A stretch of 63,779 bases of DNA, filler included, from Collodictyon triciliatum (GCA_043381765.1; 6 parts of 6 records of this genome joined end to end with filler, not necessarily neighbours in it), one strand, 5' to 3'. Counted from the whole stretch's first letter, positions 50,777 to 63,779 are shown. Translations and numbers: made by a program. Notes: generated by a model from the letters alone, not told the origin.

Positions 50777-51470
50777 ACCTTCACAACCCGTCGAGTGTCA
50801 AAACAATTTGAAACCAAACATCCTATCCTGGATACCTCGCATCAGTCCTGACCTCCTCTATGGGTATACCGACCATCATACCCATACCCTACCCCAAACG
50901 AACCCATTAACAGACTCCCTGAGCCGGGAGACTGCAGGCAGCTAACACCTCATGACACGTGAGTCCTAAATAGCTGGGCAAACCCACTTGCAAAACCTGC
51001 GGTAACAAAGCCAAAACTCCCGACCTTGGTTGAGAGAGACACCAGGGAGTGGAAGCTTATAGCCACAGGTTTTCTTTTGCAAGCAAGAGGGAGAAATCCC
51101 TTCGACAACCCCTACTGAAAAGACCCTAATACGGTCTGGAAGGAGGTGAGTCAACCACGCAGAGAAGTCGTCTTTGCACTCGACCTGGTGCTTATCAAAC
51201 AAACCTCACTTCTTTTTTCACCATCTTTTTCGACACCTTGTGCCATCAAAGCAGTATTCCCCCTCCTCCTTCCAATCAATATCATCCGTCCCTTTTTTTT
51301 CATGCTCGGGGGACACTACTATGCGTCCCCAAAAGAAATCCATGCGTCTCTTATCAAGCTTCAGGGACCCCTCTTTTCCCTTTTATCTTATTTTTATCCC
51401 TGTGTTTCTTTTTCTATCTCCCACACATCCCCACCTACTTTGGAACTACTTGCCTGATGGTTGAATAAAA
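50777..51470 (+). mobile_element. Possible decayed 3' end of a non-LTR retrotransposon
   Basis: Non-genic, compositionally distinct stretch with KPTCKTCG (~50980-51003, like a C-terminal CCHC remnant), a pyrimidine-rich tail and AATAAA near 51464. Confidence 0.3.
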
Positions 51471-52029
51471 GAATGTTAAGACGGATTCTACAGCTGAGAC
51501 TTCAAGAATAAAAGAAAATTGTAAATTACGCCAAAAATATTGCTACAATATGGTTTAAAATGTACCACATTTTCATTAAATGTTGATTCTCTTAAAGAAA
51601 ACCGAGTTAATTGAGAAAGTGATGATACTACAATATCAGGAAAAAAAAAGGAACCACCAAAAAGAGTGAAATGGAAGAACGGGCGACACATTAATTAGAA
51701 ACTTTATGCTCACTTCTACTTTGCCCACCGCAACCCAATTACGTATTTCGCAGACTGTCCTGTGGCAAAAACGTTGGATTTTTCAGCCCTCTCTATCATT
51801 CACAAGGACGATAGAGAATTGTAAACGCGGAACACATAGCCCCCAGGGAGGAATTCGACGGCATACGCAGTCGCTTCACGCAAAATATTCCAAGACAGTT
51901 CAAATGCGCAAAAAAAAAAATAATAATAATAATAATTGATCCGCAAAAAATAAAATCGTCACATGCTCGAAGGAATTTCGATGATATTTATTTATTCTAT
52001 ATACCTAGAATAAATAAATATCATTCGAA

Positions 52030-55000
52030 GTACTCACCTCAGAACCATGCTGACCATACACAAGTGTAGAAATAGCTCTCATCGTGTGGAGAGGATTGTG
52101 ATAGTTTCACATTATCCAATTCCTTATAAAAAAAAAAAGCTTTGGGCGAGATGAGGCCCGTGAAGAAGGGAAGGGCAGCAGCGAGAAAGAGAAAGACAAA
52201 TCGGTTCAAGAAATGAGAGGCATGTTGCAAAAGCAGGGGATAATGGGGGGAAAAAAGGGAGGGAACAGAAGGCCAGGAGAGCGAAGGCATTTCGCAGTGG
52301 TTACTGTTTGGCTATCTGCTGTATATACGGGTCTGCGGTCCAGCGCCGATGCATCTTATTCTGAAAAAAGTTTTCCGAAAATATGCTTAAAAAAAGGGTA
52401 GTGATATATCAGGTGTTGCGGCACGCCCAAGCAACCAAGCAACCGAGCAACTGAGCTTCACTATCCCAGAAGGCTCACTCGTCGTGAGATAAAATAGAGC
52501 TAGGTGCAACCCACTAGCCTATAACTGTGTATCAGTGGGACATATTATACGCGCTTGCTTGCTTATGTGCCGGGCTCCGTGAATATCATAATATATCCTT
52601 GCAATGCTCCCGGAGTGAGAGAAGAAGCTCGGGTTTACTGCATGGATATTTGTGCCACACCTTCTTTCTGTTGAAAGATAATTTTCAATTGTGTGGGAGT
52701 TCAAATGGCATATTGGGGTACGTTCAGGTATACGCATCATAATAGGTCAGTCATGAGAAGGCTGACTTGATCAAGAGGTAAATGGTACTTGTGAAGACTC
52801 TCGAAAAACTCCACATACCCAAGCCATCCGAGCGGTGAGTGAGAACATGTGTTTGTGGCCCAACTGATTCTGTCACACAAGGGTCGCCTGCGTTCCTGGC
52901 CAAAAAAATAGGCGTTCTGTCCGGACGTAGCAACAGGGCGAAATCCTAGAGGAGGAATATAATTACTTGTTTTGAAAAAGGGTTCCACTTAACGTTCTGT
53001 TGTTACTATGCATTTGCCGTTTTTCGCTGACCAGCCATTATCTTTTTTTTTTATTCTTTCAACTTTTTTGCATACCAGCGAATATCTTAAAAGAGCGTGT
53101 ATAGCTAGCAATATGGCCCAGCCCGCCTTTGTGTACATTCATAAGAGTCTCACCCACAGGCCAAGAGTAGCGCTTTGAGTGAATATCTGGGTGCCATAAC
53201 GGAAGTCGCTGTAGCTGATTGTTTTTCCGCAACGCCACTCCGGTATCTGTGAGCAATTTATGCCTTTAAGGTTATCAGCTCAAGTTCATACGAATAACTC
53301 CGCTCTCATGTACCAAGTGTGGTCACTGTAAGGATATTGTTGAAAAAAAGGAGATGGAAATGCACGTGTGATGCATAGGAATAGGTTCTGAATGCCTGAC
53401 CACTAGAATCCATCAGATAGTTTGTACCTCTCTCGTCCTGGACTCACTGGCAATAATAGGCGCAGGTGGCCAAGGGGCTGAGTGTATAATAAATAAGTGG
53501 ACGTAGAGAAAATGGAGTCTTGCTAGTATGGATGTTGGTTGTGTGCGAACGGAATAATTCTGTGAGTGAATACCCTTACAAACATACCAACGCACCCGCT
53601 CAGTAAGCTTGGGCTCGTCTTCGATGCCCGCTTTGTTTGTGGTCATTTTCCTGAGTGCTTGGGGTGTGGACGTGGTGGCTTCTCCTCGGTGTGGGTTGTG
53701 CCTGCGGAAGAAAATATCGCACGTCCGCAGTGGTTTGGCTTATATATGAGAAATATGAATAAGAAAAAAAAATAGCCTAAATACGACTAGGTAATAGGGC
53801 TTTGGGACTCGACCCAACACGCTCCTGAATTTTGGATTTTGTGAGGAACGAAAAAAATTGCTAATAATTTTGCGAACTTTGATACTAAAGCATAAGCTTT
53901 TTACCGAGTCTTCGAATAATTAAGCCTTATTTGTAGCACCCAATGAACATTCAACCGGCGTCAACAAATTATAAATTTAAAAAAACAGTCCCCTTGTTTT
54001 CCATGGGTAAAATAATTCGCTCAATATTTCGGGAGAGAGCTTTGGAGAAAAGGAAGTTTTCATGTGCTATTCCTATGGATTGACCCTAAACGGTAATATT
54101 CAATGAAAGATGCAAACTTAAGTGCCTTCAAGAAATTGCGAAAATTTAAAAAAATCATTTCTTCCATAAGCCCTATTCTGATATTTTCTTTGAATGTTAG
54201 AGACCTGCCCGAAGCGCATTTGGTTTTTTTATTACGCATGAGTTCGAACGGGCTTGGGTGTGGGCTGGTTGGAAAGGCTCGGCTCGCCGGGTGTGGTGTG
54301 TTTGGCCGGGTTGGATTGTGTGCGAAGAGAAAGTGCGCAAAGAGTATCGCCAAGCGTTGAATGTTGAAAACCAGAAGGCCTTCGCGGTGTGTTGGCCTCC
54401 TATCCACAAAACATTCCAAAGGCTTTCGCCAGCGTGCCACCCACACAATACTTATTTATCCGTCTTTCTCTCGGAGTAGGCGCTCACTGCCTCCGTTCCT
54501 TTTTTCTTTTTTTTTTTACCGCCTTTCGTGGGAACATAACCCCTAGGGCGAAAGGCTATTGTCCCGGTGACGCTGCAAGCTCATCTCGTCAGCCTTTTGC
54601 TAGCCTCGCGCGTAGGGGATGGGTGCACTTTCCTTGGGCTTTGTGTGTGCTCTGTAGCTCTCATTCAGCTTTTTTGTTTGTTTTTGTTTGTCTTTGTTCT
54701 TGTTTGTTTTTGTTTGTTTTTGTTTTTTTTTTTTTGCATTGAGAGAGGGGATGGGCTAGCGCGCAGTGAGCAGACTAAGGCTCATTACAAATGTGGAATA
54801 TACCGAAAATCAAGTTACAACAGTCAAGGTAAAGTGCTTAGCTCAAATGCAGGATACGTTACGGTATTTATGTGGCATATTGATCTATCATGTACTGATG
54901 TTGCAGTCTGTACAGATATTTGAACGTTTCATGCATTTTGGCAGTTTTGTCCCTAGCTTTGTTTGACACATGTTTTTGACTATACATAGCGCATCGAATA

Positions 55001-57620
55001 GACAGTATAGCGCCTCTCGTTTCTTTGCGAGATGGAGCAGCTTTTCCTTCAACTCCACCTGACCCACTCCAACACGAGCACGAGGGAGTGGCTCTTAGTT
55101 AACCCGTTTTGTCCGAGCCCAGCGGAAGCCTCTCGCGGTTTAGCATTTTCCTCCCCGGTACAAGGCGCGATATTTTTCTATCACAGCGGATGTTTTTCTA
55201 TCGCAGCGGCTCTGCTTTGTCAGAGGCTGGAGCAGGGGCACGGTTTCTTCTTGGCCAAGTGCTGTGGCCACCAAACTTTTCGTCCCAAACTTTTACGATT
55301 TCCGTTACTTCGGCACTTTGGAATAAATGTGTCCTAAAAATTCAATCGAGCAAAGGCAAAAACTCAACACACATAGGGTTATTCATGGTCTTTTGTCTTT
55401 TAGTATTTCTCATGTGGGTGTATAACAATGCGTTGTAAGAAACGTCCATTCATATGCACACCCTCTGTTGTCCAGAAAGCCAGGCGACCACCCAATTGTT
55501 TGCCTTGACTCCTCGCTGTTAGGGAGCTCTTTTCAAGGGCGCAGCTACCTGCTAGTTTCCCACTAGCGTCTGCTCTTTACTACTTCACCCACTTAACTCG
55601 CTTTGTACATACCATGCCCAAAATAAAGCTCCATAAAAGAAAGACTGAATCGAATTAAGTATTTTATATTCTCAAGCTCAATTTGGTCAATGCGACTAGT
55701 TTTTGCTTTGACTCCCTTTCTGATCGTAGCCCGTGGTCAATCTTACCTGCCATGCTTCTGAAACTCGATGTTTGACAGGCAAGGTTCAAGCTGGCAGTTT
55801 GGAGCTTTGATATAATGATAATCTCAACCAGACGCCATGGTATCCTGTATCATATTTCATATGTACCAGAGCTTTCTTCATCAGAAGCTGGTTTTTTTTC
55901 TGGGTTTTAATCAACAGTTTATTTATTGAGAGAAAACAAAGCCGAGGAAACCGCCTTCGCCTCAAGGACAAAAGTGAGCTGTGGACGAGACAGTGGAAAC
56001 CCCCGGATTGTGTGGTTGGAGTTTTTGTGTTTTGGGTGGAAGGAAGAAAAAAAAAAAAGGCAATACAGAAAGGAGAGAAAGTGTTCTCACACGCAGACTA
56101 TTCTACCCGAGGTGAATCAGCTCCAACGCGATTTCTGGTTGTATTCGAGACTGACAGAAGAGCGGATATAGTTGTCGGGTCGATGAAAGAACGCACATGG
56201 CTGTTACTTCGAAAATCGATTCTGACGAGTCCTTTCAACCGTCTATCCCAGACAAGATTTACATCCTATTTCATTCCACTGGGTGAGTCTTTTGAGGGGA
56301 CAACGGGTCACTTTCCTTGCGTTTCTTGCTGGGCGACTCAGATAGAAAGCGGCACATCGTTGTTTGTCTGGTATTATCGGAAGTGGCGTTTGACCGTCCC
56401 TGGTTTCGGAACCATGAGTAGCCGGCAGTGGACTTTGCTTAACCGGAGTATGGATATGCGTTTGTGGTTTTAGAAACATACGCTCCTGCTTGCTCGGACT
56501 GTCTTTGGTGTGTGAAGTTCCAAGCTTGGATTCGACTTGTGCTGTTTGCTATTGCTCCTTGGTTCTCGGTGCGACGGGTTGGGGCAGGGTAAACGGACTA
56601 TCTTTGGTGGGCGCTGGTTCTTGTGTTACCTTCGCTTTGGAGTATCCTTTCGGATAAGTAACGAAGACTGCCTTGATGCCTCCTATGTTAACCATATTCA
56701 CGTCAGTCTGAATGGGTAGTTCAAGAGGGATTTCTTTCATGGTTTGGAGATGCGCTGCTCTTGGGTCTTGCGATGTGCGGGCTTGTCCGGTGTTGGCGGT
56801 GGAGGGCTCGAGTGCGAGGATTCTGAAGAGGAACTGAAATTTCCTTCCATGTCATCGTCGCTGTCGCTGTATGCGCGTATCTGCTGTGAGTCTTGCGGGC
56901 TCTGTTGTTGCCTGGCCTTGGCTTCCTTGACCCTGTTGCTACTTGTCTGCTTGGCGGGTATATTATTTTGCGGGGCTTTTACTTGTCGTTTAGTTGTTCA
57001 CGGCTGGCGGACGCTCTTTGAGGATGCGCTTTGGACACTTTTTGCCCATGACCGTAAACTTTGCAGGGAGCTGGTTCTTGTGACAAAGAAGCTTCACCAT
57101 GGCTGTGTCTGTGAAGAAGCCTTTGTCCTTTTTTATATCCACGTGAGACGGTCTGAACGGCTCCAGCTCCTCACAAAGGAGTTGTGACCACACGTCCAGC
57201 GGTAGTTGGTAGAGCATCACCGAGGTCTCTGTTGGTTTACTTCTGCTGAAGCTGATCGTAATATCGATCAAAATTACCTCCCTCAGCTCCAGAAGCTTTC
57301 GGGCGTTTTCAGCAGTGCGGAAGGCGATCAGGCAAAGGCCTTCGCTGTCCGGTAAGCGCAATTGGATGGATTCTTCCCAAAGTTTGTTCGCTTTCAAGGA
57401 GGCGAGCGCATCTGTTAGCCTGCGGGCCTTGTTAGTGTTGTAAACGACTTGCTCGACCCCGTGCCATAATACTTTCCGCTCAGACAGACTTGCAGGCGGC
57501 TTCCACGCATGGGTCTTCCTAGACTTACGTGCCACTCGGGGTTTTTCCGCGCCAGTGTTGGAACCAGAATAGCTGGCTTCAACTTGCAAAGCCTTCCACG
57601 GGTCGCGACTTGTGTTTTCT
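52030..57620 (-). mobile_element. Degenerate L1/Tx1-like LINE retrotransposon
   Basis: An ORF1-like segment is followed by frameshifted ORF2 motif remnants in canonical order: ASPG (~54565), NAWRYSL (~54350), GRS (~54205), GKQG (~53995), KGGLG (~53120) and PICHLNSHT...C (~52700). A C/T-rich 3' tail follows. No introns, many stops. Confidence 0.6.
56990..57589 (-). pseudogene. LINE ORF1-like remnant (RRM-like)
   Basis: CLIAFRTAENARKLLELREV...ITISFSR...SVMLYQLPLDV...LLCEELEPF resembles the RRM-like core of L1/Tx1 ORF1. A frameshifted low-complexity continuation runs to about 55900. The ORF begins at a non-ATG codon. Confidence 0.6.
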
Positions 57621-58636
57621 ATCAGGTGCGGTTAATAAAAAGAGTTTCGGAAAAAAAAGGCTCCTCATACAGGCTCTCGTGTTTTGAACGCTCAGCCATA
57701 AAACATAACCTCTTTTGCCAGGGAAAAATAAGACTTAGATATACAGTGCGAGTATCTGGCGATTGAGGTTATGAGCAGAAACAAATTGATTAACTATGCT
57801 CATGATCTTTGTTACAGACTTCTAGTCTGTTATGAGCCTTCACCACCAGTTTTTCGACTGCCCTTTTGGCCTGCTGTATGACAAGTTTTCTTCTTTTTTC
57901 TTTTTTCTGTTTTGTTAATTGTTTTTTGGTTTTGTTTTTGGTTTTTGGTTTTTGGTATTTTGGTTTTTGTGATAACTTTGAGCTGAGAAGCCGTCCATCG
58001 AGAAGTCTGTGTGAGGGTTAGTTTGGCGGCAGTAATACGCAAAGTACAAATTCTTCTTATTGAAACACCTTCACCTTAGTATTCAAATGTATCACAGAAA
58101 AATATTCAACTGAATGTATATGTGCGCTTCAGAAATAGAATTTTATGACAGTTTCATGATTTGTAACATAATTACTTTAATTGAGTAAGATGGCACATGT
58201 AATATGTAGTATATGTATGTTAGTCTTTAAACATTCACTTTAATATTCAGAGTCTAAGCCACTTACTTCAATTAAAATGCTGCAGCATATAATTTCCAGA
58301 AGTAAAAAATACTGCCCTTATTTGGGAATGCGTTGATCTATCGTCGCTCCGTAACCGCTCGTCCCACAGGCATCCACTGAAACCTACTCGCTTCGTGGCA
58401 GACGAGAGTCAAAGACTTCACAAACTCGCAACGAAGCACGGGAAAAGCAGCGACTGGCTAAGAACTGTGCGATCCACGCATACATTCTGGACAAACCGAG
58501 CATTTTTTTTTTCGATTGCATATATATATACCTTTTCACTCATTCCAAAACCGCAACTTTATTTTCCGTCTTTTTCGTGGGCGTTTTCATTCTCTCGTCT
58601 TTGCTCGCACTCTGGTTAATTCTGCGTCCTAAAGAT

Positions 58637-61600
58637 ATGGATAAGTGGAAGAGGCTCGACAGTGACTGTGAGAACAGCAAAGTCTGCGTCGGCTTCAGGG
58701 TGATCGAGTCTTCTTCTCCGCCCAGTTTGAGCTCACTGGCATTCGCCTTGNNNNNNNNNNNNNNNNNNNNNNNNNNNNNNNNNNNNNNNNNNNNNNNNNN
58801 NNNNNNNNNNNNNNNNNNNNNNNNNNNNNNNNNNNNNNNNNNNNNNNNNNNNNNNNNNNNNNNNNNNNNNNNNNNNNNNNNNNNNNNNNNNNNNNNNNNN
58901 NNNNNNNNNNNNNNNNNNNNNNNNNNNNNNNNNNNNNNNNNNNNNNNNNNNNNNNNNNNNNNNNNNNNNNNNNNNNNNNNNNNNNNNNNNNNNNNNNNNN
59001 NNNNNNNNNNNNNNNNNNNNNNNNNNNNNNNNNNNNNNNNNNNNNNNNNNNNNNNNNNNNNNNNNNNNNNNNNNNNNNNNNNNNNNNNNNNNNNNNNNNN
59101 NNNNNNNNNNNNNNNNNNNNNNNNNNNNNNNNNNNNNNNNNNNNNNNNNNNNNNNNNNNNNNNNNNNNNNNNNNNNNNNNNNNNNNNNNNNNNNNNNNNN
59201 NNNNNNNNNNNNNNNNNNNNNNNNCATGTCGGCTGCTCCAGAGAAATCTTTTCAGGACAAAACAGAAACCATGCATTCGGGGTCCACCGGTGTGACAAAG
59301 CGAACCATACGCGTGCCATTCTCAGCATCTCTTCCAAATCCACAAACGCTGCTTTCCATGCTGCTTCCTGTGGCTCGGCCGAAAGGGTCAAACACAGGAG
59401 TTCCCATTCCGAAACAGGTTCAAATTGATGGGATTCTGCGTATCTTTGTCTGTTACAACCGCGGGGATATGCGCCTTGAGATGGAATCCCTCAGAAGAGA
59501 ATCAGTAAAGTACGAGCTCGTCTTTTTCGCAAATAGTACAATCAAGCATTCTTCTTTCTTTGTATCGGAGATTTCGCTACATTTTCTCTTGGTTTTAATT
59601 TGACATGGTCTAGGTTGGTGCATTACGGTCGGTCGAAGGGGATTGAAGTTGTGTTTGTGGATTTAAGATACGGCCTAACGGATGAAGAGACAGACACATT
59701 CAAGGTATATTTATAATGGAAAAATAGATTCTAGTGTTTTCTTTTAAGCGGTCATTCACTGCTGACTTACTTTGCAGGACCTTTTCCGCTGTTTCGAGTA
59801 CATCCGCAGATGCACATACTTTATCGGAGTTTTAGGAGCTCGATATGGATGTGTGGCCAAGGCATCTGACAAAAATGACTCGGGGTCAGATATCTCGTCT
59901 CAGTACTCTGTGATGGACGACTTGGAGGGCCTTAGTCATACAGAGTATCAGGTTTTGAGAGCTCGCAGTCCCCCACGAAATCCTAATCACAGCTCTTAGT
60001 TTTCCTGTGCATATCGACGACTTACAACAAGACACAAAGTATACTTGTTATTTCAATTGTATGCATCTGCTGAATCCTTTCATACAGATACAACTGGCCA
60101 CTCTCCACTCTGATAAATGCGCGAGTCGCGGGTTCTTTTATCTTCGTGATGATGATGCTTTCTTGAGAAATGAGGCGAATGAAGATGTCAGGAGGTTCTA
60201 TGTGGCTGAGAGTGTGGAAGATGTACCCTGCATTTATACATTTTCGACCATACCATCGCCTTGTTATTTGAAGTGTACCGAAAACGTGTGTATTTAAAAT
60301 ACAGACAAATGTTTGTAACTGGATTGATTTTCTTTCTTCTGCGTCAACATCAGAAAGCACGAATGAAGTCCCTGAGGGACAAAATCAAAGCATCGATTCA
60401 CTACCGGGAGTACGTCAGCATTGAAGCATTTATGGACCACATCATGGGGGATTTATACGAGGCTCTCGATGAGGACTTTACATCCATCGAGGTCAAGAAA
60501 TTGCTTTCGAATATATACACAATACTTTGTGGAATCTTTTATTTTACATTATGTTCGTGTTAGATGAACCTTAAATTCAATGTACGGCAAAGGACTTGAC
60601 AAAATGATACTTTTACAGGACTTGGAAGAATCAGCACATATACGACACGTCACTGCTCATACGAGAGGATTCAAAGGTCGACAAGACACACTTTCTAGCC
60701 TCCGTTCCGAGATAGAAAAGAGCGTGTCTCAAGAAGAAACACCTGTGATTATGGTTACAGGAGAGCATGGCATTGGGAAATCTGCAGTCATGGCAGCGCT
60801 CTATAGCGACATGATTGAGGCGCCCTCAAAAATCCAACACGCCATCGTGCACTTTGTGGGTGCATCGCACGAAAGCTTCCGAATCGAAAAGTCAGTTGAC
60901 TTCATTTTTAAATATTTTTTTTACATCTATCTAATATATTCCTATATGCAATTGAGCAATTCATGAATATTACCTCTCTGCAAATCAATCTCAATATCAC
61001 ACTAACACGAACCATAGCATATCCAAGCGTTTTTGGGGCTTTTTGACAACAAGAACAAACGCACAGGAATCGAATGTTGGAGCACGTGGTAGAAATCTAC
61101 CTCCATTTGTACACACAAGTCCATACAGACATCTCTTGATTTCCTGGCATATATGCTCGATATACTCATATGTCTATACTAGATAAGTCCCAGTATCTGA
61201 ACGGACTGCACAGCCTATTTCAGGAGCACCCCAAGATGTTATCGTGAGTCCGACCTTTTCTCTCATTCACTGAGTCACCCAATTGTATCTACTTTACTGA
61301 TTTTATATGACATATACATCCACGCTCACAAAAGTTCTATAACGACTTCTATTTTCTGGTGTGCTATTCCCACATTACCTGGCCAACCATCTTTCTATCA
61401 ACCGTAGTCCAAACCAGTTCGTCTTCATGATTGATGGCGTCGACAGAGTCAGGGACTCCGTTAGCTTCCCCAAGCCTTCGCTACTTGACTGGATTCCACA
61501 AACAACACCAATCAACACAAGCTTGGTCATATCCGCGACCACTCATACTGAGGCACACCAAGTAAAATAACCAGCACGCACACTACCATTCTATTCTCTT

Positions 61601-61948
61601 TCATTTTATTTTTTTTTACCTGAGAAATCATCTATGACCTTCGTTGCTTACTCGACCTCCATTCATTTTCTCTCGGATTTACGCAGCAAGCCTTTCTTCT
61701 TACATTCAATTTATTTTTTTTAGTTATCTATAATACGATTGTATTTACAACCACAAATACCTCGCTCAACAAAACTAATTGTAGCGATTAACATAGATTG
61801 GGCTTCAAAAAGACTTTACTGTTGTGCAAATAGATGCTCTGCAGGAAGACGAGGTGCTCAAAGCAACAGAAGAGTACTTTAAGATCCGAAATAAAGAATT
61901 GTCCTCTGAATATGCAGAATCTATTCAACAGCGCTCTCCTGCCACTTG
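58637..61948 (+). CDS. DUF4062 + NACHT (STAND) NTPase, TEP1/NPHP3/TTC41-like; incomplete
   Basis: DUF4062: LRIFV...DMRLE, VDLRYGL, YFIGVLGARYG, GFFYLRD. Walker A VTGEHGIGKS, then IVHFVGAS, Walker B FVFMIDGVD, and WIP...LVISA. An internal N gap lies at 58751-59224, so the start is uncertain. C-terminal repeats are not visible. Confidence 0.85.
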
Positions 61949-62718
61949 TAAACTGTATAGCACAGGAAAGCTAAGGGAAAGCCATTTTGCATAAATATTG
62001 CTGTCTAAAACAAGTGTGCGGAAAGGTTCGAAAGAAAGTAGAGTGGAGCGAAACGTACGCCAGACTTGAAAAGAGAGACATAGGTCAAACGATAAATTAC
62101 CCGAACCCCAGAAGAACTGGCCAAAAGTAAGAGTTTTTTTTTTTTGGTTTTTTTACTTCATTCATCCCAGGGGACTGTTTCATATGATTAGATGCCATGG
62201 GTAATATTGCGTGCAATCTGTTAGAAGAAAAAGGGCGAAGGCACAATGAGGTGGAAAGATAGCGTTGTTGGGGGTGAATGGCGGGGTGGTTGGGCTTCTT
62301 GTAAACACGTTACGAACCAGTGAGGCCGCTCCTGAGAATAAAAAAAGCTGATTCATCTTTCGAACCAAGTCAAGCTATTTTAGCTACAGTGCGCTATGGA
62401 TAGCGTATCATAAGGGATGTGAGCAATTATATGTGTTGGTAAGTTGTATTTTGTTGCTGTAGATTCAAGGATAACTGAGAATGCACCCCAGCACAGGAAT
62501 TCTTATAGTAAACAGCCCATCTCACTAAAGACAGCGTTGAAATAATACCAAAGAACTAGCCGATTCCAATTCGTTATCAATAAATTCCACATTTGTCGAA
62601 TAAAGCGGCTTGCCGTGTNNNNNNNNNNNNNNNNNNNNNNNNNNNNNNNNNNNNNNNNNNNNTTAATTAATTAANNNNNNNNNNNNNNNNNNNNNNNNNN
62701 NNNNNNNNNNNNNNNNNN

Positions 62719-62780
62719 TCCCGCTGGCTGAGTTTGTTCATCAATTGATCAGAACGTGGACGAGTGATGAAAAAATATAG
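62719..62780 (+). CDS. Possible terminal coding fragment (PLAEFVHQLIRTWTSDEKI*)
   Basis: Short GC-balanced open frame right after the linker, followed by AT-rich 3' sequence. Parent gene unknown. Confidence 0.25.
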
Positions 62781-63129
62781 CTCCGTCGTGACTTCGACCT
62801 GCGCACATGCATACTACTCGCGACAAAATTTAATCGTATATTCCGCATTCAATGAAGATAAGTATCAGAGAAAAAAGAACAGAAAGAACCTGGGAGCTAT
62901 ACAATAAATATAATACATTATACATTATTGCAATTTTAAATACTTTAAGAAATTATCTAGGAAATAACAATTATATCTGTATTAGTATAAGTAATTGGAA
63001 GTTGTACTATATATTAATTTGTATGTAAATATTAAAACATAATATATGATATGAAATTTATTTTAATTGTTGTTATTTAATATTAACTAACATGAGTAAT
63101 TTTTTATGTTAATATTATAATATCTTAAA

Positions 63130-63264
63130 GGTTGTTTTTTATTGTTGTTTTTTTATTGTTGTTTTTTTTTATTGTGTTTTTTATTGTTGTTTTTTTATTG
63201 TTTGTTTTTTTATTGTTGTTTTTTTATTGTTGTTTTTTTTTTTTGTTTTTTTTTTTTTTTTGTT

Positions 63265-63305
<41 letters not shown>

Positions 63306-63603
63306 TGTTGTTTTTTTATTGTTGTTTTTTTATTGTTGTTTTTTTTATTGTTGTTTTTTTATTGTTGTTTTTTTATTGTTGTTTTTTTATTGTTGTTTTT
63401 TTATTGTTGTTTTTTTATTGTTGTTTTTTTATTGTTGTTTTTTTATTGTTGTTTTTTTTATTGTTGTTTTTTTATTGTTGTTTTTTATTGTTGTTTTTTA
63501 TTGTTGTTTTTTTATTGTTGTTTTTTTATTGTTGTTTTTTTATTGTTGTTTTTTTATTGTTGTTTTTTTATTTGTTGTTTTTTTATTGTTGTTTTTTATT
63601 GTT

Positions 63604-63655
<52 letters not shown>

Positions 63656-63779
63656 TTTTTTTTTATTGTTGTTTTTTTATTGTTGTTTTTTATTGTTGTT
63701 TTTTTATTGTTGTTTTTTATTGTTGTTTTTTTATTGTTGTTTTTTTATTGTTGTTTTTTTATTGTTGTTTTTTTTTTGT
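63130..63779. repeat. Tandem 13-14 nt repeat (TTTTTTTATTGTTG)n with poly-T interruptions
   Basis: Directly visible to the end of the window. Confidence 0.95.

Noticed and set aside
63130..63779. Terminal tandem repeat as a telomere
   Set aside because: It has no G-runs, an irregular unit length and poly-T interruptions, and it resembles the other T-rich SSRs that end contigs here.

Overview
This is a draft-assembly window from an intron-rich, microsatellite-rich eukaryote, probably a protist. It uses the standard genetic code and GT-AG introns mostly 80-300 nt long; the organism cannot be identified from sequence alone. Five artificial N44-TTAATTAATTAA-N44 linkers split it into six segments, so linkage across them is unproven. 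Spliced genes reconstructed by hand: a coiled-coil protein, an HP1-family chromo/chromoshadow protein, a small hypothetical gene, a Zn-motif + RhoGEF(DH)-like protein, PP4R1, a SMYD methyltransferase, LRRC40, the 3' part of a BEACH-WD40 protein, an eIF4B-like region abutting an eIF4G-type MA3 region, the 3' part of an ABCA transporter, a multi-pass membrane protein and a DUF4062-NACHT protein. There is also a 3-kb intronless disordered protein and decayed L1/Tx1-like retrotransposon relics at 50.8-57.6 kb. The best leads are a possible eIF4B-MA3 fusion, a DUF4062 domain with altered signature residues, minimal splice signals, and strand-polarised microsatellites at gene ends. No clearly new multi-gene system is demonstrated.
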